The position numbers and the translations under genes are program-made. Positions 49,394 through 64,000 of a DNA stretch of 64,000 nucleotides are shown here, in pieces; within the stretch, counting starts at the first letter, position 1, and each line of letters opens with the position of its first letter. Origin of the DNA: Kudoa neothunni (taxonomy: Eukaryota > Animalia > Cnidaria). The DNA lies in contig OZ199840.1 in the NCBI GenBank assembly GCA_964304625.1, positions 5,631,200-5,695,199 on the forward strand. The letters run 5' to 3'. Below the pieces are notes generated by a model. That model did not search any database and was not told the DNA's origin. It saw only the letters and a list, made by a program, of their open reading frames with translations.

Positions 49394-52300
49394 TGTAAAT
49401 TTTTCAGCTACTTAGAAGGTTAAACAAGTTTTATTGATATTATTAGAAACACCATGATAATAATATATTTAATTGTATTAATCACCCCGGGGGTCATGGA
49501 GGTTATTTCGTGATCCGATTTTCGATATATCGACTTTCTGATTTGCGTACGTCCAAAAAAGATTTAATATGGATGTTTATATTCCAAAAAATGCATCATA
49601 ATTTCATAATAGAAATATTGTGTAGTAATTTGATTTTTTTGTGTTAATAAGTTTGATGATTCAATGATGAAATGTGGTCCACATGGGCTCCAATTTTCAT
49701 ATTTCATCCTTTTTTAGGCCTACTTAACTATTAATGTGTTTCTATTTTCACTAATAGCTTAAACATTAACCTTCGCAGTAAATATTATTTTCAAACGGGA
49801 ATATATTTAAATATGACTGGGAAAAAAACCTTAGGTTTTAGTTGAATGTTTTGGAAATTTGCCTAAAAATGGTTGTATATAGCGCTTACACATTATATGA
49901 AAACATATAAAGGCGAAATAAAATATTATTCGTTGGAAAATGTTGAATGTAATAGATTTCCAAGTGTAATACATTCTTAGTCAAATTCAGCTGAAAGTAT
50001 TGCTAACTTGTTTGTAAAAATTTGGGGATTTTTTAAACGCTTTCCATATGAATTAATAATCTTTTTAGATTTCATCGATAGATTTTCGTTTAGAATGAAA
50101 TTAAGGTTTTGTGTTTCCAAAAATCGGTTTAAATTGTCTTTGAATATCTGTAATGGCTTAAGTTTGAATCAAATATTATATCTGACCAAACTCTCTTTGA
50201 GGATATAGCCTATAAATATTGCAAAGACAATTTGTTTAAGCCATTGCAACATCTCTAATTAGGGTTTATCAAGATTCGAGAGCTGTTTGTGCATTATACT
50301 GAAAGCGAATGGATTTAGATGATTATAATATGCCTCCAAAATGTAATGTGAAGTATCAAAATCAACGGGACTAAATGATTTTTGTCATTATATTTTTTTC
50401 GATTCAAAGTAATTTTAAAACGTCGAAGAAATATCGAAAAATTATAATTTAGAAGTGAATTTTATATATCTCAAGTTTAAGTTGACCGCTAATTGCTTCT
50501 ATTCGATCATTCTTTAAGTTTTCATAGGAATGATATGTTACACTTAATCCCACAACACATTCAACAGCGATAGTCACGAAATTTTATTTAAAATGGTCAA
50601 TAAACTTTCAATCGCTTTCGTTTTAAATATTTTCACAAAATGCTATTGTAATCTGCTTTATTCTTTTAAAATATAATATTATTTTGAATTTTTTAACAAT
50701 TGACCCTGTTTATTTTTAGTGATATTATATCGTGTAATGGTTACCTTACGTCTAGAATTTTGTCATATGTGAGCTACAATTATAATTAATTTAGAATTTG
50801 AGAAACAACTCTCCATGCACATTCTTAAAGTGTAATGTTGTCAATAATAATAATAAATTTGGTGATACGTTTATTATTTGGAAAACATACCTCTTATAGA
50901 CTCTTCTGTATCATAATATGAACTACACAATGATGATATGGATTTGTCCAGTGGAATCCTCAGTAACAGAAAAGTACGAAAATACATTAGTATATAAATA
51001 AATAAATAAATTAAACAATGGTTAAAACAAAACTCAATAAGGTTACCTTGGATGCAGCAGTTTATATGTTGTATCAACCATCAATTGTGCTAGAAAGGAG
51101 TCCAGCGTATTAGGAATTTATTGATCAATGCGACAAATAAAGCATACGTTGTTGTTATCGTCGGATAAAATAGTCACCTTATAATTATATTCCTTTTTCA
51201 AAATTGCAAAAACCATGTTTATATTACCAGGGACAATTTATAAAAGATTTTAGTATTATGCAGCGAATTTAATGAAATAAAAAAATACCTTATTACTGTA
51301 TTCTCTTTATACTGAAAAGATAGAAAAGCTGTTATACCTAAACAGTTATTAACCATAATAATTGGTATGGAAAAGTAAATATAGAAAAATTTAACATGAA
51401 AAAGCAGGATAAGTAGGTTAAAAAGACTTAAACTAGAGTTAAACCTAATTAGTATATTATCTTTAATAATATAGTCTCATACAGGCTGACAGATGGCAAG
51501 GACTTTTAACCATTAGATTGTGACTCCGAAGGTTGTCAACTCAACTCCCAGGCAGATTACTGCTTGCGATATTATCTCTATTAACAAATGAAATATTTTG
51601 TTAAAGAGTAAACTCATCATTTCGATCAATGTGTTTGCAGTTATAGTTCGATTCGATGAATGAATGTTGAATTATCTATGACTTAAAAAATAATAAAACC
51701 ATGTTGCAGAGGCCATAGAACCAATGATAGTGAATTTCGAAGAGGTTAAATTTATTCTAGGGCGTGCTCACAAGACGAGGAGATCAGGAGTTAAGACCCT
51801 CACTACTACAGTAAGGTAAAGAAAATTGATTCACCTAACGTGAATAAAAATAGGTATTAAAGATATACGTCATTTTCAAATATATAAAAAAAGGAATTTT
51901 ATCTTAAAGCTCCTATTATTTCATGACTTCTTAATATCATGGAGATATACTAAAATCAATTATGACTCAACATTCAACAAAATGGAACATCTTAAAATTA
52001 AATTGAACCATATTTTATTAATTAAAATTAATTCTATAATTATATTAGAATTATTTACATCAATTATTAAATAGCTTGATGTTAGATAATAACCATTCAA
52101 ATAAGATATTTGAATATACTATCTACAAATATCAATTTCCTTTAAATTCATATAAAGCCTGATAAATATAACGAAAATATGAATATATTTTGAAAAAATA
52201 ATATTTATGGAAGAATTTAAGTTTAAAAGTAGTTAAAATTAATTCATTCATTCAACGGAAAAACATGATAAAAAATTATGTATCATATCTTAATTCTACA

Positions 52301-52727
52301 AAATAATAAAGCAATTTATTATAAAATTTTCAGGAAGAAATAAATGAATTTTCCGTGTATTTATTTTTCATAGTTTTTAATGTTCGGTTTCGAACATAAT
52401 TGAAAAAGTCACTTTTTGAATGCACAGAATACTCAAAAGGCGAGATTTAATCGTTAAAGTAACAATGTTGAGTTTAAGGTAGTAAGAATTTTTTTAAAAC
52501 ATGAGGAATTAACATCGATTAAACTATGAGCTTTAATGCGCATGTGCCTCCCTTTATCGATTTCAAATTTTTCAGTAGATATTACAACTACCTGATAATT
52601 AAACCAAATTTTATTTCTACCTCATTATAAATTAAAAATATAATTATAAACAACCCGTAAAAACATAAGCCAACAAATCACGTTACCACGAGGCAGGTTA
52701 GTACGAGTTTGATGTGGTATTGGCAGG

Positions 52728-53955
52728 ATGACACCTTTGATCAATTTAATGAAATTTTCCACTGATATGGGTTTAAACAGCAGTCAACTCAGCTCGATAA
52801 GAGTGATGAATCGTTATCGGTTTTACTTTTTGCGTAGAATCCATAATAAGGGAGATCAGTCCCATAACGATAAGTTTACAAATGCGGAAAATGTGATTAT
52901 AATTATATATTCGATTTTTAAACTAATTTACTATCACTTATTAACTAAAAGATATCAAGTGGTGGTTCTATTGCAGATTCTACAAAAACAACGTCACTTT
53001 TGAATCCAAGAGAAAAATATACTGGAATCGTATCTGAGAATAAAAAACTCAATGATTCATTATTCAGTACAAGTACACTGGATTCGATTTGCGAGAGTTA
53101 TTTTTCCAAGGTTACGAATGTGTTGGATCCATTAGGCATCCCATCGACGTATATTTTAGCATTTCTGATGATGCCGAATATAGCCTTGAATCTGTCCGCT
53201 CATTTTCTGTGTAAATTTCTCTATTCGATTTTTACCAATAAATGGATATTTTTGTGATCGGTAGTCAAGAAGGATAAGGTTAAACTTGCCAAAGCCCAGG
53301 CTGAATTGATGCATCTCCAGAAATTGTACGGTAATCAACCTCCAGATGATCCCAAAAAGAATGCTCATTACATAGAAGGCTTACAGAGTGTGAATCGATC
53401 ACAGATGCACGTAAAATGTTAAGTGTGCGTGTGCTGTTGACAATTGTGACAATGTTAGAGATGGTTTGTCGGAATATTAAGAGGACTGTTGTTTATGATG
53501 TCATTTTATCTGTACAAAAAATGTCCCGATGAATATTTGAAGTTTCCTGTAAAATATGAACCAGATTGGAGTTTTGATGATGTGGGCCACGACAACACTG
53601 CCCTCTTAACTGACAGCCACATCGAGGAATATGCAGACAGTGTGTTTTCTGCAAAATCTCTACGACAAAAGGATGCGTCCTACATTATGCCAATTATTTA
53701 CCTAACGGTTTCGTTGTTACCATTTGTAAGCGATTATTTTGTTTTTGGTGAGTTATGCTTGTTATTTTTGCTGATATTTTAGTTGATGTTATCCAAAGGA
53801 AAAATAAGATTTTTAGCCATTCCGCTGGGATTGTTTCTTTTTTCCTATATGAAAAATATGGAGATTGGATACTTGGTAATACTTTCAAGCGTTATCTTTA
53901 TAAACTTCTGCGTCAACTTTCTGATGACACGACCAACCAGCCTAAAATTATTTAA
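52728..53955 (+). CDS. Multi-exon gene of unknown function, boundaries uncertain
   Basis: GC-elevated open blocks separated by short GT..AG introns (ISSGGSIADSTKTTSLLNPREKY...; VKKDKVKLAKAQAELMHLQKLYG...; CPDEYLKFPVKYEPDWSFDD...). No family recognised. Confidence 0.45.
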
Positions 53956-55587
53956 ACTACCGGATACTGCAGCCATTACAAAACTTCATTCTGGTACTTT
54001 TTTACAGCTGTAATATTTTCTTCTAACAGCGGACTATCAAATTTAGAATATTTGGGGAAACAATTCAAGTTGAACTCGATATACGATAAAATTGAAGGGA
54101 AACAACTTTACAACAAAAAGAGGGTCATCAAAAATACTAAAAATATATAATTCTTGTTTTTTAGTCAACTTATAACTCGTGTTTATAGTAAAATGTGGTT
54201 TAAAGTTTATATAAAACTTTCAAATTTTTCTCTCTCTAAAAGTCGAGACTTTGAAATCTACACTCCAATTCGAAACACAAACTAAACACTTTCAGTTATC
54301 ATAAATTCGTTTTAGAACTAATGAATTTAATCCTTCTCAATTATCAATGTCATTAAAGTATTGACGCTATAATCTACCTTAAAAGATAATACAACCAAAC
54401 CAAAATATATAATTTTTATAGAATTGAAAAATTGAGAATTAACGCATTTTTAGACGTCTTTAAGAGAATTACACTTAGTTAAATAAGTCTAAAGGACTAG
54501 ACGATTAGTCGGAGGTTCCATAGATTCATAAAGCAGTTAGATTAATTATTTTACGAAAAATTTTTAAATTATTAATGATGAATTTAACTCACATGAATTA
54601 TTAATTTCAGAATAATATTAGGATATCAAAATAATTAGGAATATTTCAAAATATGATTTTTAATGTAAATAATGAAAAATTATGTTAATTAGAGAAAGTG
54701 TAGGTTTCGGAGTTATTATAATAATTGTTGTGACAAAAAATTACTCATATAATCTTTTTCAGTATTAACTCGAATTAATAAAAAAATTCTAATTTAATTT
54801 AGAAATATGCCTTAAACATTTATAGTTCTGATTCACTAACCATAAAATGCATTAAAATAACTTTAATATCAAGAGTTCGTTGAATATAACAGCAGAAATC
54901 AATTTTAACCTATTAGGATAAATTCACCTATTGGAGTGTGATTATATATTTTCATAATGTAATTTTTGAATTATATGTATAGTTTTTAGTAAATAAATAA
55001 ATAAATAAATTAATTAATTAATTAATGAGGATTCAAAATAATATCGCAGTTTTCCCAACCTTTGGGAGCCGAGCATTTTCATTTCTGGAACATCTCAAAT
55101 TAATTTATTCGTTTGTGTGAGTTTCCTATAGTTCAGATTAATATAACAAAATAAAATTATTTTTGGTTATAAACTGTGAAATAAAATAAGTTTTATATTT
55201 GAATAAACAATGGTAATTATCAAATTAAATTAATGAGTTAATATTTATTCATGATATCATATAATATTCAAAAAACTAGTTGAATAAAAAATATAAATAA
55301 ATTGTTTTAAATTTTCATTCGAAAGAATGAATTAATATGAATAAATATGTTGTAAGTAAAATGTTGCCGCCATATAACCAAATTCGGACGGACTCGAAGG
55401 TCTCAATTTTTGCTTTAAAGATTCATTGAATCGATTGATGATAATGACATATTAGGTAAAAAGTATAATATAAATATGTATATTTTTTGTATTAAATTAC
55501 GAAATAAGAAGGATATAAGCATTAAAAAATGCATCCTAATTAAAACCAAATTCAAATTGAACGAGTGAATAGAAAAGTATAGCTTAA

Positions 55588-57079
55588 CCTTTTAGCACCC
55601 AATGTTGATTTAGAATTTAAATGAACAGGAGAAAAATTTTTTTACCTTCATGGCATTCTTTTTTTGAATATTTTCTCCGAAATAGTTTTAAAATTGACAA
55701 TAATTTTTATCTTTATAAGAACAAGGTAAACATAATTTTAATAAATTGTAACACCAGAATACTCATTCAAAAGTGTGTAATCGCATAACTTTAAACAAAA
55801 TTTATTTTTAAGCATAATCATAATATATTCCAAAAAAATTATTTGTTAAAATATTTTTTTTAATAGGTTAAAAACAGAGAAAGTACTTTCGTTTGTTCTT
55901 GTTGGTGACAACATTTTTGCTAAATTTTAAATTATTTCGTGAATCGTTCGTTTTCGTTTCACAATGACGGTTTGAAATTAGTCGTCTCTGTTACAATTAC
56001 CATCACTTATAAAATCACTAATATTGGCGTCATTTTCAATATTGTTTCCGCTCCACGCCCTCGCTGGTTTTTGGTAAACTTTATTATTTTATATTTCTCT
56101 ATTAAAGTACTAACTCAATTTATTGCACCTTTTTTTAAAAACCTCAGCCTAAAATATTTTTAAAAATAGAATAGTTTTGAGAATGAGTTGACACTAGGGT
56201 TTCTGTGTATCACGCGTCACGTGGGGAGATGCATCACAATTCTTCGCCTCTCGTCAAGGTTTTCATCGCGCTCAACCTTTTTGGAAACTATAAAAGCTAG
56301 GTGTTACTGATACAATCCTCTTTATGATAATAAGGAACATGCATAGATAGTGTAACTGTTCTGTTGTTATTGTGTGCTTCTCGCATCGTAACACTAGCGT
56401 ATTAGAATCCGGTTAATAAACGACCGCGCTGTATATAAAAAAAGACGTTTTTACGAATAATAATACAAACAAAATGTTTTCTTCGCCCTTAAATGCACTA
56501 TGAACTTAAACTTATTTAGATTAACCATAAGAAAATTATGGAGTAATTACATTTGAGAGTATATCGAACTAAGGTTTTTTAGCTGAAGTTCTAAAGACCA
56601 CAGTTTTGTCATTCTTGCCACAATCAATCCGTTTTTGATGTAACGAATATCACTTTAGCATTTTAACAACTCCGCACGTCATTCCACATTACGCTCACAC
56701 TCTTGTTATCACACACAACAACATATTTTATCGATCTCATTCTTTTCCATCACGCTCCACTTTTTAGAAAATCTACTTGACACTTAAATTGGCGCGCAAT
56801 CACAAAAATTGATCGATGGATGCATTTTGATTATATCAAGCCATTGGTTACAAATCAGACATTAAATAAATTTTCAATGCATTTAAAGGAAGCGTGAAAT
56901 TTTTACTACGTTATGATACATACGAATAGTACATTTAATTTTCAGTTTTTCCGATAACTAGATGATAATGACTTAAAAACTAGTTTTTAATCATATAAAC
57001 TTTTCAAATCGTTAAAACTGACCAGTTTTACATAATACATTATTTTCAGACCATCAACAAAAATTTAAGCATTAATGGG
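55588..57079. mobile_element. Non-autonomous TTAA-flanked (piggyBac-like) element, ~1.5 kb
   Basis: TTAA|CCTTTTAG at 55584 and ATTAATGGG|TTAA ending at 57083. Internal 56400-56545 is homologous to 63760-63900 in inverse orientation. Confidence 0.55.
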
Positions 57080-58610
57080 TTAAAATATTTAAAATAAAAT
57101 TAAAAACAGGTGCATTTTAGCAAAAATAACTTTAGGGTTTACTATAATGAATTAAATAGAAAACGTCTATATTACTCAACAGTCATTTGGTATATGGTGG
57201 CACATTAGGTCTTATGTATTATGAACTTATATATTTTTATAGCCGATATGTAATAAACAAATTAATTAAATACCTTGTTTACGATTCTAAGGCTATAATT
57301 TATTAAAAATATTAATAAAGCTGATACATTCTTTTCCCTACTGTCAATACGAATACACGATGATAAATTATTCTCTCTCGATTAAAGCTCTGAAAAAGAC
57401 CCTTAATATAATTATAGGTTCCCATTTATATTCTCTATTTGGAAAGTTAATTCAATTCATTAACCAAAGAGTTGATTCATTTGCAATTTTTCTAACAATC
57501 TAAAAAAATCAGTGAAAATATTTCAAAGTGATGAAATCGTCATCATTACACATTTATTAAAATTAAAAAATATGAAGTTAAATTTCGTAAAACAGGCTTT
57601 AAAAAGAAAAAATAATAATCTAAAGATATAATGGGATAACAGACTTTTCGTAAAGATCCCGAAGTTCGCTTTGATTAACGGCGGTTAATTCTTTAATCCA
57701 CTTAACTCCAATCCACTTCTCTGGGAAATTCCCCTTAAATAGTTGAACTGAAACATACATTATAATCTGATGAAAATCACTAAATCAATTACAATAGTAA
57801 AATTCAATTACACGTGGGTCAAGATTTTTTAGATGAAAATATAACAAGTATAGCGTATAATCCACATCCATCCAACTTCAAGTAGGGAGTGTGGTTAGAT
57901 CGCAGAATTAAAATAGAACAAATTATCAGTTCAATTCTGCGATAACATAGAATCACATTAGCATCAAAACAGCTTATTCACCTAAATTAAGCTCGCGAAT
58001 GTTGGATTTGTATGTTTTAGGTAGATGTATAATCCTGTAGTTTTTTATTTTAAAAATGTAGTTTACTACCGAACTTTTTATAGTTGTGTTTAAAAGATAA
58101 CAACCAATCTAGAAATAAATTCCCTCGATACAATATTAATATTATTAGTATAGTATTAAAAGGATAAAAAATGTTTTTTTCATGTGCCAGTGATAATATT
58201 GCAATTTGTAGGATAATTCACCTAGGAATCACAGTAAAAAATGTCTTAATTATCTACAATGGATCATATTGATATATGAAATTATTCAAACTTGAATTAG
58301 AAATATGAATTGAATAGTAATGAGTCAATAGAAGTTCGTGGGGAAATGAATTTAGCTCCTGTGGTATTAAGTGGACTATTCAAAAGTTCGCACCTTTTCA
58401 CAATTTACTCATTAACTATCGGTATACACTTTAAATTTGATTCTAAAAAGTAGAGAAATCATTTCAAACTAGAACCTTATTGAGAATTGAGAACAGTAAC
58501 AACTGGTAACCATTTTCTGATATAATTAAGGCGGATTAGTTACGCATGCCCATTAAAAAATATTAAATATTTCGGAAATCTACCATCGGCTGGAAGGTTA
58601 CACGTTTTTG

Positions 58611-61600
58611 ATGAATATTGAAGAGGAAGGATTGGGGAAATCAAAAAATACAATCAATGAAGAGTATTCCGACCAAGTTGAGTCTACGATCGATCAGCCA
58701 ATTTCTAGCGTAATTATTAATCATTGATAAGTCCTAATTGGGATTGTGATGTACATTCTAATACATGTATTATAGAATAGGATGAACTCGATTGTAGAAA
58801 AGAGCAATTCAAAACTTGAACTGATGAAACAACTCCATCCTGACATTGATATTGATGGTGAAGTTATATTAGATGGTATATAATAAAATATGCCTATAAA
58901 AATTACGATTTAATGCTATGAATATTATTCTATTATTAAAAATCGCTTAGATTTTTATTGTTCCATACACAAGGAAATAATCATCAATGGACGACTAAGA
59001 GTGTGTATTAGGCACATATGGTTCTATGCTAATATCTTTGGAATAGAAACATCGGTAATTATTTATTAGATAATTGTGCTTGATATGCACGTTAATTTAC
59101 ATATTATTCTAAACAATAGGTTGTCCTCAGGTGGTCAGATATAATAAGTATAACCAGACAAAAATCAGCAATAATAATTCCCAATGCTATCGAAATTTTA
59201 ACTCCAACAGAAAAGGTATTTGCACTAATTATTATGAGTTGTGTGACCGGTAACTTAAGGCGTTTCTGAGTGGTTTTGTGAATCGGGACAAAACCTATTT
59301 ATTATTGCATCAACTATGGCATTTTACATTAAATAAACAAGTATATGCGCCATAGTGGAATTTAAATTTGATTGACGTAAATTTATCCATAGAATGCTAT
59401 TCTCCCTGACAAACTTTACAAGATGATAATTAATTCGGGACCCTCAATGTCAATTTCCGACCGAACAACAAGTAACTATATTTAGCAAAATAAATTATTG
59501 TATAATTTTTATTGAATACAGTTACAAAATCCTCTAAAGAACCATTTCACAAAGGTCTAACGCTGGACAGACTGACATCCGATCCAACCCGCTATTCTCC
59601 AATAAACGAACATTCAAATAATAACCTTGTAACCAACCCACAATTGGTTAGTGAACCAGGTATTTATTTTACATAGTTATCGTTATAGTCTAATTTGTTT
59701 TTTTCAAATAATAAAATCTTAGCAATTTCAAGAAAAGATACAAAGTACGTTCAAATGATTTATTTATTTGGCTATCTAGTTAGAGATAATAAGCGATTTG
59801 ATTCAGCCTATGCTCATCATCGTAATCTTACTCTCGCAATTGACAGTCGTTCTTGTTTAGTAGTTTTCGAAGGATGTACACAGTTGACAATTACCAACCA
59901 CTGGATCATGGCAGTAAGCTACCGCAATCAACCACCAACGGATCTAGTGGCTCCTCCACCTCGGACAACAGCAATGGTACAGCTCCGTCAACTGTGTGTG
60001 CAATTAACACTGAAAACTACGAACAAAATGACTCCTCTGATTACAAATCACTTTCAAAAACTGATTCAACTCGCTCAAAAAGGGCAATTAAACTTGGACT
60101 CAAAATTTTTAAGAAGAAAAAAAAAGATAAGAAGACAGAAAGTGGATCAAGGTCCTTTGATGCTAAATACCCGATGAGTGAGCTTAGCAAAACCGAAGAA
60201 ATATCTAACGACACTACTACTTCTACTACTACTACTACTACAACCACAACTACTACTAATATCAGCTGTTCTGATCGATCCAGTGCGGTGCTCAATCCAG
60301 ACACTGTTTATCATCCGAACGACATCAGCCATTCTACAAGTATCGATAAGGTTTTTACTTTTAAAGATTCGGAACCTCACGAATTGGCATTGGCATTTCC
60401 TCAATCAAAACTCTCCAATAACACCACACAACGTAATCTTGATACTTGAATCTATATAGTTATTCAAAACTTAGCCGATTATGAGAATACTGATGAAACT
60501 CTTGGTGTAGGTTCGTCGGTGAGTTCTGACGAACATGACAGTTCCAACGAATGTGACTGTGCTTACCTCCCCAATCACATCGTTCAAGAACTAATATACA
60601 TTGACTATTTGGATTTATTTGACGACATATTTTCGCCAGAATCTGATGTAAATAAGGAATTTATTCGAATCAAAAAATTATCAAGTACTTACTTACCTCT
60701 GAAAATACTTGATTGAGATATAATGTGAAACAATGCGCTTTTCTAGAATACGCCTCCAAAGATATCTCGTTCGAGAGTAGTGAAAAATTTGTACGTGAAA
60801 TCACTTATTGCATACCTTTACAATGGTGCGGCAAATCTATCAAAACAATTGCCAAACACGTAATTATTGTTGTTTATTGTCGAGTATTATTCATTTTTAT
60901 TAATAACACGCTCTGTTTATTGTTTAAAAATTGGATTTCGTGCCTCCCAACTAACTCATTAATTATCAATTGTAGTATGTAACCAAAAGAAGAGGCCACA
61001 TCAAAGTTTCAGTCAGCTCTACTGCCGACGGAATGCCCTATGGCAACACGTTTATCACTCATGTTCATTATTGTATCAAAGCTATGGGTGAAAAATGCTG
61101 TGTGGTCAAGTAATAAAAACTAATACTTTAATAAAAAATTATGAATCTAATTGTTTATTAAATTGCTTAATTGTTTAGTGCGAGCTTCTCTATTGAATAT
61201 ACACGAAGTGTGTGGGCGGTCACGCGTAAAATTATCGACAAAGAAGTCAAATATAACATCAATGAATTTATTATGCTGCTGTGTAATTATTATATAAGAA
61301 ATTTTTAAAATTAATTTGAACTCGCATTGCTATGCTACCATTAGTGCAATTAGTGAAAAATAAAACCAACAAATTACAATCATTCTCATTACGAGAAAAC
61401 AATGATAGAAACTTTGCTAATGACGATTCCATTAAAAATCCATTACCGCAAACTTCGTTACCCCCTAGAAAATGTAGTAGTGCTGTGGGTAGGTTTTCTA
61501 TAATAAGTGCTCATACAGGCAATTCTTATCGTTAGTTATTCAACTCATTCGTGAATACGTCTTCTGAAGGGTTGCCTGCTATTGTTTCAGTACAGGTTAA

Positions 61601-62078
61601 ATTTGTTTCGGTTTAGAACTCAAAGTATCTTCGATTCCTTCGCCAGTTAAAAAATCAGCTGCTGTTAACGATTTTACCATCAGAAACACATTAGAACCTA
61701 ATTTCTACAATCACACAAACCCATATTTCAACGGCGGTGGCGATCTAGTGAAATCTATTTATAATTCAATGGTCCAAGGCCTGAACATCATTAAAGATTC
61801 GACGGTTCCGGCTGCTCGTATTTCGGAAATTGTTGTGCAAAAAGTCACTGATGCCTCCTACCTAAATTCTGTTTTTGCGTTGCTGCTGTATGTTGTTTTT
61901 CTAACTATTTTGGTTTATGATTACTTTTAGGTTTATTATTTCTATCGCCTTAGTTTTTATATTCCAATCACTAAACAACATAAACCAAACTCTTAAAGAA
62001 TTAATTCATTATCAACATTCGGAGGTGTGCCCTTCTGCAGGAAATTTATATGCTCATTACCATTCTCCTGGATGGTAG
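58611..62078 (+). CDS. GRAMD1: GRAM + VASt (StART-like) domain ER-anchored sterol transporter (GRAMD1/Aster/LAM family), multi-exon
   Basis: Spliced GRAM domain DFYCSIHKEIIINGRL..IWFYANIFGIETS|VVLRWSDI...AIIIPNAIEI.T..EK|..FVNRDKTYLLLHQLW. VASt-like REITYCIPL, MPYGNTF..HYCI, RKIIDK. C-terminal transmembrane segment; stop TAG at 62076-62078. Confidence 0.85.
60213..60258 (+). repeat. (ACT)n trinucleotide repeat encoding poly-Thr in the GRAMD1 linker
   Basis: [17 protein letters not shown] in ORF 59853..60449. Confidence 0.85.
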
Positions 62079-63324
62079 AATTTGTTAGTATTTTTTGATA
62101 TTTTATCAGCATACCACTTTTATTTTTACGGCGTTTTATATTTCGGTGCAAATATTTTTAATCATTTGTTGTATACGATCATTTTTAAACCTCATTGTAA
62201 TATATATTAATGCTGATTTATCAGTGTTCTTCTTTTTTAAATTAAATAATTTAAAAAGCTTACAATAGCTTTTTTTAAATCAAATGAGTTCTGCTGAATT
62301 GTAAACGAATTCGTTGTTAATCCTCGTCTGAAATGCAATTATTTGTAGAGACTAATTTTCAATGAGATTCGCTGAAAAATTATTGTGAACTCATCTTTGA
62401 AAGATGTTGTAATGCGAAAAAAAATCAATGACAACAGTAACAATAAGACAATTAGTGTTATTGACGATTTTTTGGCCTACGTGTATTTTTAGATGTTAAG
62501 TTAACTAGAAAACATTATTTATTTGTCCATCTAACGGGATGGGTGAACTATTTTTGCCATTGCTCATAAACTGGTCGTGTGATTATAGATTATATGATCG
62601 AACTTGGAGTTTTTTGAATATACAATAGGCTCTCGATATTGCGAGGTTCGATATAGGATGTCTAGTCGACATTTTTGTAAATTTTAAAAGCAAAAATATT
62701 TTATCCGAAACTTCTTTAGGCGAATAAGTGTAATAAATTGTGGTGTTACATTTTAGTCTACCCGCTTTCATTAACAAGTTTATTTGCACCTTATATATAT
62801 ATATATATATATATATAAACAACCTATATTTGATACTTAATCACCATCAAACATGAATTAAGACTTTAAAATGATCATGAATGTAATTTTCGTTAGTTAC
62901 AAAAAATGTATTATTCAACTAATCAAGCCTATGATAGGGTGGGTTATAATTAAGCATTGGCATTTTAAACGTGTATCTTTAATCCGACAGTTCGCAATAG
63001 CACTATGCCCAAAAATGGGAGAAACCAGATTTCAAAATCAAAGGTTGTTAGTAAATTAGTTAATTTAACAAAAAAATGTAAACCTCCTTGTGCTTTCTAC
63101 TCCTTTCATTAAAAGTTTTGAAAAGAACATGGCCGAAGAATCACCTGAAAATAAACAGCGAAACTTTTAAAAAAATTCGAACATTTAAAAGGAAGAAAAT
63201 CGATTTTAATCAAAAATGGCAATACCTATTTATAATTGTTGATTATTAACCTAATTGTACATCATTTACTTAATATCATTATAGTAAAATTTACCTAGAT
63301 TTAATACACGGTGCCAAGCTTATT

Positions 63325-64000
63325 ATAACCTTAATAGTAAATGTTACGAAAAAAAGAACGATTTTTATTTTTCCCTTAAAAATCAAAATAGGATGTACGT
63401 GTAAAATCTTTTGAATAAAAATACCTATCTACTCTATTTTGTTTAATTTTTTAACTTAAAAAAAATGTTATAAGGAAATGAAGAACTTTAAATGCTTTAT
63501 TTCTGTAAAATAAACATTAAAATTAGAATTAAAGTTTTTACAAAGTGTGAGCGTGATGAAAAAACGTTGCACTTGATGGAAAAAACATGAGCGAAATAAA
63601 AAAAAGTGATGTCGTTCGAAATGTGGGGATTCTAAAATATTAAACGTGATATTTTTTATATTAAAAACGCGAATGGATTAAGCCAACCGTGTTATTATTC
63701 AGATCTCCAACTAAGAAATCTTATATCGATATACTCTCCAACCCAAAAATTAGCATAAAAACTCTATAATTTTCTTATAGTTAATTTAAATAAGTTTAAG
63801 TTTATAGTACATAAAATGGCGAACAAAAAACATTTATTTTTATTCGTAAAAACGTCTATTTTCTATAAATAGCGCGTTCGTTTATTAACCTAATTCTAAA
63901 ATCCTAATATTTATGATATTCGAAAAGGATGAACGTGATGAGAAAGTGTGATACGTGATGCATTTCACACCCATCACGCTATATCACGAGCGTGACGTGA
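63325..64000. mobile_element. Second, inverted copy of the 55588-57079 element family, running off the window end
   Basis: Reverse complement of 63760-63900 (ttagaattaggttaataaacgaacgcgct...gacgtttttacgaataa...aacttaaacttattta.attaac.ataagaaaattat) aligns with 56402-56545. Shared (C/T)ATCACG motifs. Left boundary approximate. Confidence 0.7.

Noticed and set aside
50000-51300. Short ORFs and a possible decayed coding region
   Set aside because: No recognisable motif or consistent splice pattern; typical chance ORFs in AT-rich DNA.
60041-60459. Poly-V and poly-L ORFs
   Set aside because: Alternative frames of the (ACT)n poly-Thr repeat in GRAMD1.

Overview
AT-rich eukaryotic genomic DNA with very short (about 35-60 nt) GT-AG introns. 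A minicollagen gene identifies it as cnidarian, and the compact, divergent genes suggest a myxozoan parasite (inference). Host genes: 3' end of RPL3, cytosolic seryl-tRNA synthetase, a paired-domain-only Pax gene, a minicollagen, mitochondrial uL24, a probable Oxa1/Cox18 insertase, an LCAT/PLA2G15-family lipase, three tandem five-Kunitz-domain secreted proteins, one unknown gene and a GRAM-VASt (GRAMD1/Aster) sterol transporter. Intergenic DNA holds decayed MULE, hAT, piggyBac, Helitron and Gypsy-like elements. The most striking feature is a 4189-bp restriction-like-endonuclease non-LTR retrotransposon associated with a tRNA-Cys(GCA) gene. The repeat unit starts exactly at tRNA position 38 in the anticodon loop and carries the tRNA 3' half plus oligo-T terminators, so an intact tRNA stands at the 5' junction. 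A second, near-identical but 3'-truncated copy follows head-to-tail. All calls were made by eye without database searches; exon boundaries and element ends are approximate where stated.
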